This document shows, piece after piece, positions 49,864 through 59,845 of a stretch of DNA of 64,000 nucleotides; the first letter of the stretch is position 1; the number at the start of each line of letters is the position of its first letter. The stretch comes from Promethearchaeota archaeon (GTDB lineage Archaea; Asgardarchaeota; Lokiarchaeia; Sigyniarchaeales; SOKP01), in NCBI GenBank assembly GCA_019058365.1, contig JAHPZE010000024.1, positions 1-64,000 of the forward strand. The letters are read 5' to 3'. The notes under the pieces are model-generated. The model ran no database searches and was not told the DNA's origin. It saw only the letters and a program-made list of their open reading frames with translations. The position numbers were made by a program, and so were the translations under genes.

Positions 49864-50790
49864 TCAAGCGAAACTTAATTTGTAGAGTTTTTGATTTGAA
49901 CTCATATCAGTTTTTACATCTTTTACTACTTTAAAAAAATCCTCTGAAAGCCTTTTCATTTCATTTTTTGCAGCATTTGCATGTCCTGATAATGCAATTC
50001 TCCCAAACTCAGAATTGATAAGTTTAAGAAGCTTTTTTCTTATTAAAGATAAAGGAATCCAAGCAAGTAGCTTAAATTTTTTTGGAAGAATAGGGATACC
50101 AAGCTCTTTTAATGCGTGAATATTTTCTCGAAATCCTTGGAGGGCTAATTTAGCGAGTTCAATATCTGTTCCGAGTGTCTTATTTTGCTTTTTTGCTGCC
50201 TCACTCCCCATGGCTAATGGACTTATAAATGCCATATGGGTTTTTAACCAGGCATCAATATCTTCACTAATATCAACTTTGATTCCTGAATTTGTAAAAA
50301 CATGTTCAATATTTATTAATCGATCACTTTTTTTTCCATCAAGTTCCCCTACATATAAAATAGCATTATCTACATAAGCTGCAATTATTTTATAATCTTC
50401 TCTGTATCCTCCAGGACCTCCAAACCCAAGTAAAATTCTACTTTTTTCAATACTACTTAAATATTCAGTCGCCCCTGTGGGATTATTTCCTGTAAAAATT
50501 ATGATAGGACTAATATTCTCCTTTAAAACAGGTAAAATTTGACTAACTTGTTGTCGTTGCATAATCACCATAACAATATCATAGAGATCTTCCTTATTTA
50601 ATCGCTCTACAACATTGATATCTGTTTTGTACATTTTATGAAAAATGTCATCTTGAACAATAAGTCCGTGTTTTTTTAAATCTTCTAAACGTTTTCCTCT
50701 CGCAAGGATGGAAACATCATTTCCACCACTTTTAAGTTTATAAGCAAAAATGCTACCTATTACTCCTGCTCCATAAATTAATATTTTAAT
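49864..50790 (-). CDS. Ketopantoate reductase (ApbA/PanE)-like oxidoreductase, ATT start
   Basis: Frame extends 52 codons upstream of the ORF-track ATG to give (M)KILIYGAGVIGS...LARG Rossmann motif; only ATT codons are available after in-frame stops. Confidence 0.85.
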   Translation of the reverse strand: MKILIYGAGVIGSIFAYKLKSGGNDVSILARGKRLEDLKKHGLIVQDDIFHKMYKTDINVVERLNKEDLYDIVMVIMQRQQVSQILPVLKENISPIIIFTGNNPTGATEYLSSIEKSRILLGFGGPGGYREDYKIIAAYVDNAILYVGELDGKKSDRLINIEHVFTNSGIKVDISEDIDAWLKTHMAFISPLAMGSEAAKKQNKTLGTDIELAKLALQGFRENIHALKELGIPILPKKFKLLAWIPLSLIRKKLLKLINSEFGRIALSGHANAAKNEMKRLSEDFFKVVKDVKTDMSSNQKLYKLSFA

Positions 50791-51092
50791 AATTTTTCAC
50801 TATAAAAATAGATTTTATTTATCTAAATTACTAATATATAAAATCATATTTAAATTTAGCTATGCCTAAATTGCTATAAAAAAAGATTCAAAATGAACTC
50901 CAATATTTGTAATTCACCAATAATAAAGAATATTTACCAAACTTTTAACAAAGAATTGAATTCATTTTAAATATTGGATAATATTGAGAAAGATATAAAA
51001 AATAAAATAAGTTGAATTTATCATAGATAATGTTTGTTTCAAAAATTTAGGTTTTAAAATCATGAAATATTTCTTAAAATAAGGGAATATAT

Positions 51093-52574
51093 ATGAATGA
51101 ATCTCATTTCTTACATGGATTTTTACATCCGAAAAGCATTGCCATTTATGGTGCTAATAATAAAGGTAGTTCTTTAGCTGGCCTTCAGATTATGAATTTA
51201 ATTAAGTCTAACTATGATGGTAAAGTGTACCCTATCCATCTAAAATTAGGTTCAGTTATGGGATTTAGGGCTTACAAATCAATTAGCGAAGTTCCAGAAA
51301 TTCCTGATTTAGTAGTGATAGTCCTCCCTGCAAATGTTGTACCTCAAATTTTTAGGGAATGCGGAAAAAAAGGTGTGAAAAGAATAGTTTTAATATCAGG
51401 AGGTTTTCGTGAATTAATTGGTGAAAGGAAAAATACTCTCACTGAAGAAATTAACAATATTGCGAAAGAATTTGGAATAAGATTTATTGGTCCTAATTGT
51501 TTAGGTGTCTATAACAATTGGTATGGACTAAATGAAGAAAATAAATCATTTAATATTTTTATCTGGGAAAATCTGAAAAGAAGTAAATTCTCTATTGCTT
51601 CTCAATCAGGTACTCTTTCCTGTCATATTTGGTATGATCCTGAGAATTTGGATTTAGGTTTGAGTAGATCTTTATCTGTTGGAAATGAAGCAAATGTTGA
51701 TATTGTAGATTGCTTAGAATACTATAAAGATGATGATTATACTGAAATAATAGGGTTATATATTGAAGAAATAAAAAGAGGTAAACAATTTTTGGAATTA
51801 GCAAAAATAATAACTCCAAGAAAGCCAATTATCGCAATTTATGTAGGGGGTTCAAAGGCAGGTAATCGTGCATTACAAAGTCATACAGGATCTTTAGCAG
51901 GACATTCCAAAATATATGACGGTCTTTTTAAAGAGACGGGTATCATTAAAACTGATTATGTTCAAGAATTTTTAGACATTGCTCTTATTTTTTCAAAAGG
52001 AATAATACCCAAAGGAAAAAGACTTGGTATCATAACAAATTCGGGCGGTCCGGGAGCGATGGTGGCCAACAATGCAGAAAAGCATGGCTTGATTGTCCCT
52101 GAATTTTCAGAGGCTCTTCAAAAAGAATTAAAGAATGCTTTACCTCCGACAGCGAGTTTTAAAAATCCTGTAGATTGTACTTTTGATATGGATCTCCCTT
52201 ATTTTTATATTACTTTACCTGAAATATTAATGAAATCTGGAGAAATTGATGCTATAATTCAATATGGCGTAGTGGGATTCCAAGAAGTTTTGGATGAATA
52301 TCTTAAATATGATCAAATAGCGAAACATGCTGAATTTCAGCATCAACCTGATGAACTTGTTGATAAATTAGCCCAAAAATTACTACAACCAACTATGAAA
52401 AATTCTCAAAAATACTCAATACCAATATTATATATTAATCCAATGAGTTTTAACGCACCTTGGTCAAAAAGACTTAGATTAAATGGGGCAATCCTATTTA
52501 AATTATGGGATCGTCCTGTAAATGCCCTAGCCAAAGTTTGCGAATATGTCGAATATAAGCAAAAAAGATCTTGA
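51093..52574 (+). CDS. NDP-forming acyl-CoA synthetase alpha subunit
   Basis: PKSIAIYGA, IGPNCLG, SQSG, SVGNEA, SHTGSLAG phospho-His, TNSGGPG, NPVD. Confidence 0.92.
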   Translation: MNESHFLHGFLHPKSIAIYGANNKGSSLAGLQIMNLIKSNYDGKVYPIHLKLGSVMGFRAYKSISEVPEIPDLVVIVLPANVVPQIFRECGKKGVKRIVLISGGFRELIGERKNTLTEEINNIAKEFGIRFIGPNCLGVYNNWYGLNEENKSFNIFIWENLKRSKFSIASQSGTLSCHIWYDPENLDLGLSRSLSVGNEANVDIVDCLEYYKDDDYTEIIGLYIEEIKRGKQFLELAKIITPRKPIIAIYVGGSKAGNRALQSHTGSLAGHSKIYDGLFKETGIIKTDYVQEFLDIALIFSKGIIPKGKRLGIITNSGGPGAMVANNAEKHGLIVPEFSEALQKELKNALPPTASFKNPVDCTFDMDLPYFYITLPEILMKSGEIDAIIQYGVVGFQEVLDEYLKYDQIAKHAEFQHQPDELVDKLAQKLLQPTMKNSQKYSIPILYINPMSFNAPWSKRLRLNGAILFKLWDRPVNALAKVCEYVEYKQKRS

Positions 52575-52596
52575 AATCTTAAATTTATCTTATTTA

Positions 52597-52797
52597 CTAT
52601 TTTTCGTTATTTTGCCTTTCCTTTAATTTCTTTAAGGCCTCATCTCTTGCTTTTTGTAGTCTCTCTTCTTTTTCTGCCCAAAAATTAGGATTAGCCATAT
52701 TTACTTTCATGTTTTCAACCATTATCTCTGCTATCTCTTTAGCAGTTTGACTTTTTTTCTCAGTTTTACGTTCATCTTTTTCGTCTATAAGTATCAC
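52597..52797 (-). CDS. Small hypothetical protein
   Basis: 66-aa charged helical ORF. Confidence 0.55.
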   Translation of the reverse strand: MILIDEKDERKTEKKSQTAKEIAEIMVENMKVNMANPNFWAEKEERLQKARDEALKKLKERQNNEK

Positions 52798-52897
52798 CTA
52801 ATTATTCTTATTTTAATGATTATTATATAAATACATTAATACAATTTATTATTATAAGCATTAATTAAAATACCTTTAGATATGAGTTGTAAAATTT

Positions 52898-54916
52898 ATG
52901 AGTTACAAGCGAAAGAAACTATGGGAACCCTCAAACGAATGGATTAAAAATGCAGAAGCAACCCGTTTTATTGAATTTATCAATAAGGAATACAATCTTA
53001 ATATAAAAGGAGGGAAAGACCTATATAGATGGTCAGTTGAAAAAATTCCTGACTTTTGGGAAGCCATGTGGAAATTTTCAGGGATTATAGCATCCAAACC
53101 GTATTATAAGGCAGTAGAAGACTTAAGTGTTTTTCCAGGTACTAAATGGTTTCCTGGGGCAAAATTAAATTTTGCAGAGAATCTTCTGAAGTATAAGGAT
53201 GATCAACTAGCATTTATATTTCAAGGCGAAACTAAAGTATCCAAGCAAATAACCTATGCTGAATTAAATAAAACTGTATCTCGCTTAGCTAAATCTCTCA
53301 AGGAGGTTGGTGTTAAAGTTGGCGATAGAGTCGTTTCATACATCCCTAACTTAATTGAAACTCCCGTTGCCATGCTTGCCGGAGCAGCTATCGGTGCAAC
53401 TTGGGCTTCGTGTGGTGCTGAACTCCAACCTAGTGCCGTTATCGACCGATTTAGTCAAATTAAACCTAAAATTCTCTTTACCGTAGACGGTTATTATTAT
53501 CGAGACCAAGTATTTGATATCCGAGAGAATGCAAAGGTGGTGGTTGATGCCATTCCTTCCATAGAAAAAGTAATTGTGGTAACTTATGCCAGCGAAGGAA
53601 AGTGCGATGTGAGTGAAATTCCAAAAGCAGTCAATTGGGAAGATTTTATCTCTAAAGAGGAGGATCCACCACTTGAATTTGAACAACTTCCTTTTGATCA
53701 CCCCATTTATATAATGTTTTCAAGTGGTACTACGGGAAAGCCCAAATGTATGGTTCAAAGCGCAGGCGGGGTGTTGATTAACCATCTTAAAGAATTGATT
53801 CTCTCTACTGATTGCAAACGAAGTGATGTGCTTAATTATATTACCGCGCCCTCATGGATGATGGTGTAAGTATTCCTTATACCAGCCAAAATGTGGAACT
53901 GGCTTATCAGTGCCTTAGGCGTGGGCGCAACAATATTCTTATATGATGGAAATCCACTATACCCAGATCCATTAAGCTTTTTTGAATTGATTGAAAAGCA
54001 TAAAATCTCGATATTTGGTACTAGTGCTGCATATATCCACTATTTAATGGGACTTGGTGTTAAACCAGGTGAGAAATATGATCTGAGTGGTTTAAGGGAA
54101 ATATCACAAACAGCATCAACTCTTTCTCCAGAAGGTTTTGAATACGTTTATCGTGAAATTAAGAAAGATCTCTTTTTCAATTCTATTAGTGGTGGAACAG
54201 ATATTAATGGATGCTTTGCAGGAGCAATTCCAATTCTTCCTGTTTATTCTGGTGAATTGCAAGGGCGTGCATTAGGAATGAAAGTAGAAGCGTACAATGA
54301 TAATGCAAAACCTGTTGAAGATGAACAAGCAGAACTTGTATGTGAAGCACCAGCTCCTTCTATGCCCGTGTATTTCTGGGGAGATGATGATAATTTGACA
54401 AAATATAAAGCAGCTTATTTTGATCACTTTAAAGATACAGGAAAGAATGTATGGAGACACGGAGATTATATAGTAATTCATAGTGACACAGATGGAATTA
54501 CTTTTTGGGGACGCTCTGATGCTGTTTTAAAGCCCTCAGGAGTAAGAATTGGTACTGCTGAAATATATAATGTAGTCGAACAACTTCCTGAAGTTTCAGA
54601 CTCATTGGTAATTGGTCAACAATGGGAAGGTGATATCCGCATTGTTATGTTCGTTCTATTAAATAAGGGCTATGAATTAACAAATGAATTAAAAACAAAA
54701 ATACAACAGACTATTCGAGAAAAAACAAGTCCAAGACATGTGCCAAAGTTAATATATGCTGCACCATCTGATGGGATTCCTTACACTTTTAGTAATAAGA
54801 AAGTTGAAATTGCAGTAACTAAAATTATACATGGTATGGAAGTAGCTAATCGTGGAGCCCTCCGAAACCCAGAATCCTTGGACTTCTATATGCAAATGAA
54901 AGATAAACTTAAATAA
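52898..54916 (+). CDS. aacs: Acetoacetate--CoA ligase (AACS), interrupted by a 30-nt putative BHB intron; spliced product 662 aa
   Basis: Two ORFs (52898-53869, 53891-54916) in the same frame; WFPGAKLNFAENLL, MFSSGTTGKPKC, WMM|WNWL, SISGGTD, WRHGD, GRSDAVL...GVRIGTAEIY. Confidence 0.92.
53861..53890 (+). other. Putative bulge-helix-bulge mRNA mini-intron (30 nt)
   Basis: atggtgtaagtattccttataccagccaaa contains an in-frame TAA and a 9-bp internal stem; BHB bulges UGA (53859-61) and AAA (53889-91); excision restores SWMMWNW. Confidence 0.8.
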
Positions 54917-54924
54917 ACAAAATT

Positions 54925-56034
54925 TTAATTCTTTTTTTTTAATTTAAAACATTTTTTTTTTCTATATAAGCTATCTTCATAATTAGTAAGCATTTCTCGC
55001 ATAAGATCCATCCCAAGATAGATATTATAACCAATTCCTTCCCATTCACTATTAGTTTGCCAAATTTTATAGGGTATTTTAAAATAACATTTAACTTGTT
55101 GGATAAAATTGATGCTTCCAGATGTGATTACAGTTGATCCTACCTTACCATCACCATCATAGTATCCTAAAATAAAAGCTAAATACAATTCTCTCGAGGC
55201 TAATCTTGGCAATTCAATAAATCTAGATTTTTGATTTCCAACTATAAAACCATGTCTAATTAAAGTATTTGCAAATTCATCATTAACAAACCGAATCCTC
55301 ACATAATCAGTTAATTCTCCTTCTCTTCTAATTTCGATTTCTTTATGCTCAAGATTAAAACCTATGACATTAGCAAATTTATCTAATAAATCTTTTTCAT
55401 CATCTTTATGCAATTCAACTCCAAATCTGATATTATTTCCATGTTCAGAAAGCCAGGCTTCTGCGAATAACCATCCTAACCAATAAGCTTTTTCTTTAGT
55501 ATCGATATATTCGAAATAATCAATTTTTAAGCATGGATGCCATTTATATATACCATATATCGATTTCTTTGGATTATTTAAACTCATATATTTATTAAAT
55601 AACTCAGAGATTTCTCTGGGGACTCTGCATAAATTTTTATCGATCTGAGATTTATACTCTTTAAGTGTTTCGATGGAGATTATGTAATTTGGATTTTGCT
55701 TTATCTGATCTTTCTTTTTTTTAATATGAAACCTTGTTTGCCCTAGAACAATACTTAATTGTTCATCTGTTAATTTATCATTCAATAATTTTTTTTCTGG
55801 AATATAATTAACAATTAATCTCTTTAAATCATTTATGAAGCTTAATGTATCATAAATGTTAGAGTTTTTTGAAAATACATTAAGATTATTATCAAAATTT
55901 TCATTAATATAATATGAATTAATTCCTTTTTTAAAATAGGCAAATTGTTTACTGTTAGAACAATTTCTTTTAATCATATGCTTTTTAGAGCAATATATGT
56001 CATTAGTTCTTATAGTGGATTTATTTTTAACCAT
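54925..56034 (-). CDS. Free-standing two-motif LAGLIDADG homing-endonuclease-like protein
   Basis: YFEYIDTKEKAYWLGWLFAEA (motif 1) and LAFILGYYDGDG (motif 2) with an N-terminal extension. Confidence 0.85.
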   Translation of the reverse strand: MVKNKSTIRTNDIYCSKKHMIKRNCSNSKQFAYFKKGINSYYINENFDNNLNVFSKNSNIYDTLSFINDLKRLIVNYIPEKKLLNDKLTDEQLSIVLGQTRFHIKKKKDQIKQNPNYIISIETLKEYKSQIDKNLCRVPREISELFNKYMSLNNPKKSIYGIYKWHPCLKIDYFEYIDTKEKAYWLGWLFAEAWLSEHGNNIRFGVELHKDDEKDLLDKFANVIGFNLEHKEIEIRREGELTDYVRIRFVNDEFANTLIRHGFIVGNQKSRFIELPRLASRELYLAFILGYYDGDGKVGSTVITSGSINFIQQVKCYFKIPYKIWQTNSEWEGIGYNIYLGMDLMREMLTNYEDSLYRKKKCFKLKKKN

Positions 56035-56268
56035 AACTGAAATCTTAGAGAATTTTTAGTTAATCTTTTAAAATTGCTATATGTAAAACGAATATATTTT
56101 TATCTTTATATATCTTAATAGAGTAAGGATTTTGTCTTTATATATGATTTAAAATTATAAGAGAATCATATTTAATAATAATAGACAAACACAAAAAAGG
56201 AGAAATTAATCCAATTAGCTTTGAAAAACTGAAAGTAATATATTTGAGTAATAGTTTATCTTTCTTTC

Positions 56269-59200
56269 TCAAATTTTTTCATTATATTCAATAATAACAA
56301 CACTACCTTCAATTTCTAATAAAGAAATTCTTTCTTCTTTTATACCAGCACATAAAAGGGCATAAACTATTCTATAATTAGTAAAAAAGTCGCGTTCAAT
56401 TTCTCTGGGTGAAGATAAATCAATTTTAGTTTTATTCTCAGAGAAGATTTTAAAGGAGTTGATAACCTTTTCAGCAAGTACCTTATTTATTTCAATTTTA
56501 TTTAATTTATGTTTATCTTTAAATTGATTAAAACTCAAGTATATTTGAAACTTGTCTCCTATTAGGATTTCTTCATTAAAACATTCAGCATTGAACAATT
56601 TATGGTATGCAGAATTTATATTTTTTAAAATTTGAAAGCCGTTTATTATTAAATTCCTAATCTCTTCTTTTTTTTCTCGAAAAAATTCTTGAGTATTATT
56701 ATGACGTTCAGGATTAGCAATTGTTACTAAATCATTTAAAAAAGAAATACAAAGATCCTTTTTGCTTTTTCCAAAAATGAATTGAAAAATATTATCCCAA
56801 TTATAAGCATTATTAATGATATATTTATAATGATATCTTTGACTTAGATATAGTATATTTTTGTTGGAATAGCTTATTGGAAGGCCCTTTCTGACATATT
56901 TTTCTTCCTCCTTATCCAAGTCCGACTGAATTTTAGGTGGCAGTTTTGATTTCCAGATATCTCCATATAATAAGTAAAAAATATTGTAAATGAAAATTCG
57001 TAATTTTGTCTCGAAAAATGTCCAAAGTTCACCAACGCATTCCTTGTAAAGATGTAACCAGTAAAATGCTCTAATTCTATTAAACTTCTTTTTATCTTCA
57101 TTAGTCAAACCTTGTGTTCCTATTATGATAATTCCATTGTATCTTATCCACTTTTCTATTTTTTTTATCAATGCTATTATACCACTAACAAATGCAGCTA
57201 TAAAAATAGTTTTATCTTCATTTGAAAGATTTAGGCTCTCTTCACAAAATTGTAACTGGTGAATATACCTCCTAAATACTTCATTATCTTTCCAAGTGTA
57301 TAAAAATTCATCAAATAGTTCTTTCTGAGAAGAGATCTTTTTTTCTTCCCCAGATAGTTCATATAAATAGTTTAAAACGAATTGAAATACGACTTTTGAT
57401 TTCTCTATTATTTCTCCAAATGAGATTTTTGAATTTGCATATTCAATAACTTGAGAGAAAGGATTCGCTATATTTTTCTTTAACTTGTTTAGATTTTTTT
57501 GCTCTGTTGGATTACCTCTTGCGATCCCATCTAATCTTGACAAGGTATTTCTTGAATAATCAATAAAATTTAAACCTTTTGGCTCATCTCCACTCAGAAT
57601 CTGATTAATATAATATTTAAGAGTAAACTTGAAAGTATTTACCACATCTAAACAAAAATTTCTTAAATCATTAGAAAGTCCCCAAATGAAATCATCTTTT
57701 ATCTTATTTCTGGCAATTAATTTGTACTGATTAAGGATTGTAAAGAGTTCAATATTATTTTCAAAAAGATCTTCCCCTTCCTTTACTATTTTTTTTTCTT
57801 GTATTATACATAATAGTTCCGCTATATTATTTATAACATCTTTTGAAACACTTAATTCTTTCTTTAATGCATTCAATTTTGCGTGCAAATCTTTCCGTTC
57901 CGTTAATTTCTGATAAATTGGCTCGAATGAGTCTTGATCTAAATCGTAATTAATGGATAATAAACCAATATTTTGACTAGTACTTGATATTCTGTCCTGA
58001 AATTCTTCTATGAAGGTTCTAAAGGGAATTTCACGAGGATAACTTCTTTGTATAATATTCATTAAATGCTCAATATCTGTATAAGAAATATATTTTGTAA
58101 AATCATAGGGTTCTTCATTTGAAAAGGCTTCTAACCTTCTTCTAATTAGTTCGAAAGCATCTAAAGGGCCAATAGAGTCAAACGGTTCTTTTTGGAAGAT
58201 TGTACCTTCATAAGCAGAATTTTCTCTAAGTTCTTTTATCCATAATTTTGAACCTGCAATAAATAAGCTTACTTTTATATTTTCTCTAAGGATCTCTTCG
58301 AAAAAGTTTTGGAGTCCCTTTAAAAAATCAAGAGCTAAATTAGCTTGATTATCATATTTATGTAACCCATCCAAATATACAACAAATCCTTTGGATGAAG
58401 AATTATCCAAAAAAATTTTAAAAAGCTGTATTATCTCATCTGAAGAATTCCCTGAAATATAGCTCCTGGGATCGATACTAGTCCATCTGATTAACGCTTT
58501 ATATAATGCAACATATAATTTTTTAAAAAAGAGATTTCTTATTTGAAATATTGATTGAGAGGCATCTAACATAATTTGCAGAGGTATTATTTTTGAATTA
58601 ATAAAAAAAGGATAAAGATAATCAAATAATGTTGTTTTCCCACATCCAAACTCCCCATAAAATAAATAAGACTTTCCTAACAATTCATCTGGATATTCTC
58701 TAACTAGCTGAGTATATTTCCTAAATATAGGTAGCATAACTACTATCTTTTCATAGTATTCTTCCTCGATGTATGTTAGACCATAAGCAGTTGGAAAAGG
58801 ATTCCGTTCCAATCCAATAATGCGCCACCAAGGTTGGACATCTCTTAATTTTCCTAATTTTCGCTTCTCTATATATTTATTAGATAACACTAATGGACTT
58901 ACGCTTAATTCTTCATCAATTCTCGAACGAAATTCATCTAATTTTTTTTTTTCCCTTAAAATTTTCTCTTCAATCCTCTCTTGAACTTCTATGATAACCT
59001 CTTCTTTTGCTTTTTTAAGCATAGCAATGTTCTCAATCTCTCCACTACTTAATTTTTCTTTGATTTCTTGGAAAAAACTCTGAGAATCTGGATCATTCGA
59101 TTCTATTATCTCGTTTTGGTAATGAACAAATTCTCGAATTACAGTTTTTTCAGATAAAAAAGGGATTTTGTTAATTATAATTTCAAGATCTTCTTGATTC

Positions 59201-59403
59201 GAGATCTGATTGGAATCTACTAAATATTGAATAATTTCGTGAGCTAAATTCGCCCAGTTAGGATTGCCATATTTTTTCTTATGTTTGTCTATAAAAAATT
59301 TTGTTTTCCGTTTCTTTAAATCATCTAAATTTACTTTATTTGTAATTATCCTAGAATAGTTTTTTTTAATAAATTCACGAATAATTTCTCTTGTATCTGT
59401 CAT
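56269..59403 (-). CDS. Large P-loop NTPase with C-terminal Swt1/HEPN-like domain (possible defence protein)
   Basis: GLERNPF, Walker A YGEFGCGKTT, Walker B FVVYLDGLH; C-terminal FETKLR.FI...YG..W...NWD.IF..IFG...NPERH. Confidence 0.75.
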   Translation of the reverse strand: MTDTREIIREFIKKNYSRIITNKVNLDDLKKRKTKFFIDKHKKKYGNPNWANLAHEIIQYLVDSNQISNQEDLEIIINKIPFLSEKTVIREFVHYQNEIIESNDPDSQSFFQEIKEKLSSGEIENIAMLKKAKEEVIIEVQERIEEKILREKKKLDEFRSRIDEELSVSPLVLSNKYIEKRKLGKLRDVQPWWRIIGLERNPFPTAYGLTYIEEEYYEKIVVMLPIFRKYTQLVREYPDELLGKSYLFYGEFGCGKTTLFDYLYPFFINSKIIPLQIMLDASQSIFQIRNLFFKKLYVALYKALIRWTSIDPRSYISGNSSDEIIQLFKIFLDNSSSKGFVVYLDGLHKYDNQANLALDFLKGLQNFFEEILRENIKVSLFIAGSKLWIKELRENSAYEGTIFQKEPFDSIGPLDAFELIRRRLEAFSNEEPYDFTKYISYTDIEHLMNIIQRSYPREIPFRTFIEEFQDRISSTSQNIGLLSINYDLDQDSFEPIYQKLTERKDLHAKLNALKKELSVSKDVINNIAELLCIIQEKKIVKEGEDLFENNIELFTILNQYKLIARNKIKDDFIWGLSNDLRNFCLDVVNTFKFTLKYYINQILSGDEPKGLNFIDYSRNTLSRLDGIARGNPTEQKNLNKLKKNIANPFSQVIEYANSKISFGEIIEKSKVVFQFVLNYLYELSGEEKKISSQKELFDEFLYTWKDNEVFRRYIHQLQFCEESLNLSNEDKTIFIAAFVSGIIALIKKIEKWIRYNGIIIIGTQGLTNEDKKKFNRIRAFYWLHLYKECVGELWTFFETKLRIFIYNIFYLLYGDIWKSKLPPKIQSDLDKEEEKYVRKGLPISYSNKNILYLSQRYHYKYIINNAYNWDNIFQFIFGKSKKDLCISFLNDLVTIANPERHNNTQEFFREKKEEIRNLIINGFQILKNINSAYHKLFNAECFNEEILIGDKFQIYLSFNQFKDKHKLNKIEINKVLAEKVINSFKIFSENKTKIDLSSPREIERDFFTNYRIVYALLCAGIKEERISLLEIEGSVVIIEYNEKI

Positions 59404-59591
59404 TGTATTTAATTTTTCAAATTAACTTCTATAAATTCTTTTGGTAAAGAACAATTATGTATAAAAGTTAATTATTTTTTTCTCGATTTAATATTAACTA
59501 TCAGTTTATAATTAATTTCATGCCATTATTTTAAATTTTTTTTAGCATATCTTTATCATTCAAATATTAAAAAAAAAAACTTCATAATTTT

Positions 59592-59771
59592 CACGTATTA
59601 AGGCTTGTAGTTCAAGCACCTCCAGATGGTATTCCCTATACATTTAGTAATAAAAAGGTTGAAATAGCAGTGACCAAAATCATCCACGGCATGGAAGTAG
59701 CCAATCGTGGAGCTCTTAGAAATCCTGAATCCCTGGATTACTACATGGAAATGAAGGATAAGCTACAATAA
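59592..59771 (+). pseudogene. Orphan duplicate of the AACS 3' end (copy 2)
   Basis: HVLRLVVQAPPDGIPYTFSNKKVEIAVTKIIHGMEVANRGALRNPESLDYYMEMKDKLQ*, 50/59 aa identical to 54737-54916 with many synonymous differences. Confidence 0.95.
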
Positions 59772-59845
59772 TTAAATAATTTCTTCTTGATTTCTCCGTA
59801 GAATATAAAGAAAGAACAAAAAATTTAATTGGATTATGTTTTAGA

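Noticed and set aside
53866-53885. GTAAGT...pyrimidine-rich...CAG inside the AACS insert looks like a spliceosomal GT-AG intron
   Set aside because: Removing these 20 nt (or 22 nt from the upstream GT) shifts the frame and does not restore WMMWNW, and there is no room for a branch point. The BHB cut sites restore the protein exactly, so this is treated as coincidence.
53861-53893. Insert as a transposon footprint with an ATG target duplication, or AACS as a simple pseudogene/split gene
   Set aside because: Not excluded, but it does not explain the BHB geometry coinciding with the frame-restoring junctions, and both gene halves are otherwise intact
525-57101. Short ORF-track entries antisense to or nested in long genes (e.g. 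525-755, 3954-4196, 11702-11971, 14570-14776, 17318-17656, 27388-27711, 34786-35103, 44002-44466, 53351-53701, 56874-57101)
   Set aside because: Shadow ORFs of well-supported genes with no motifs
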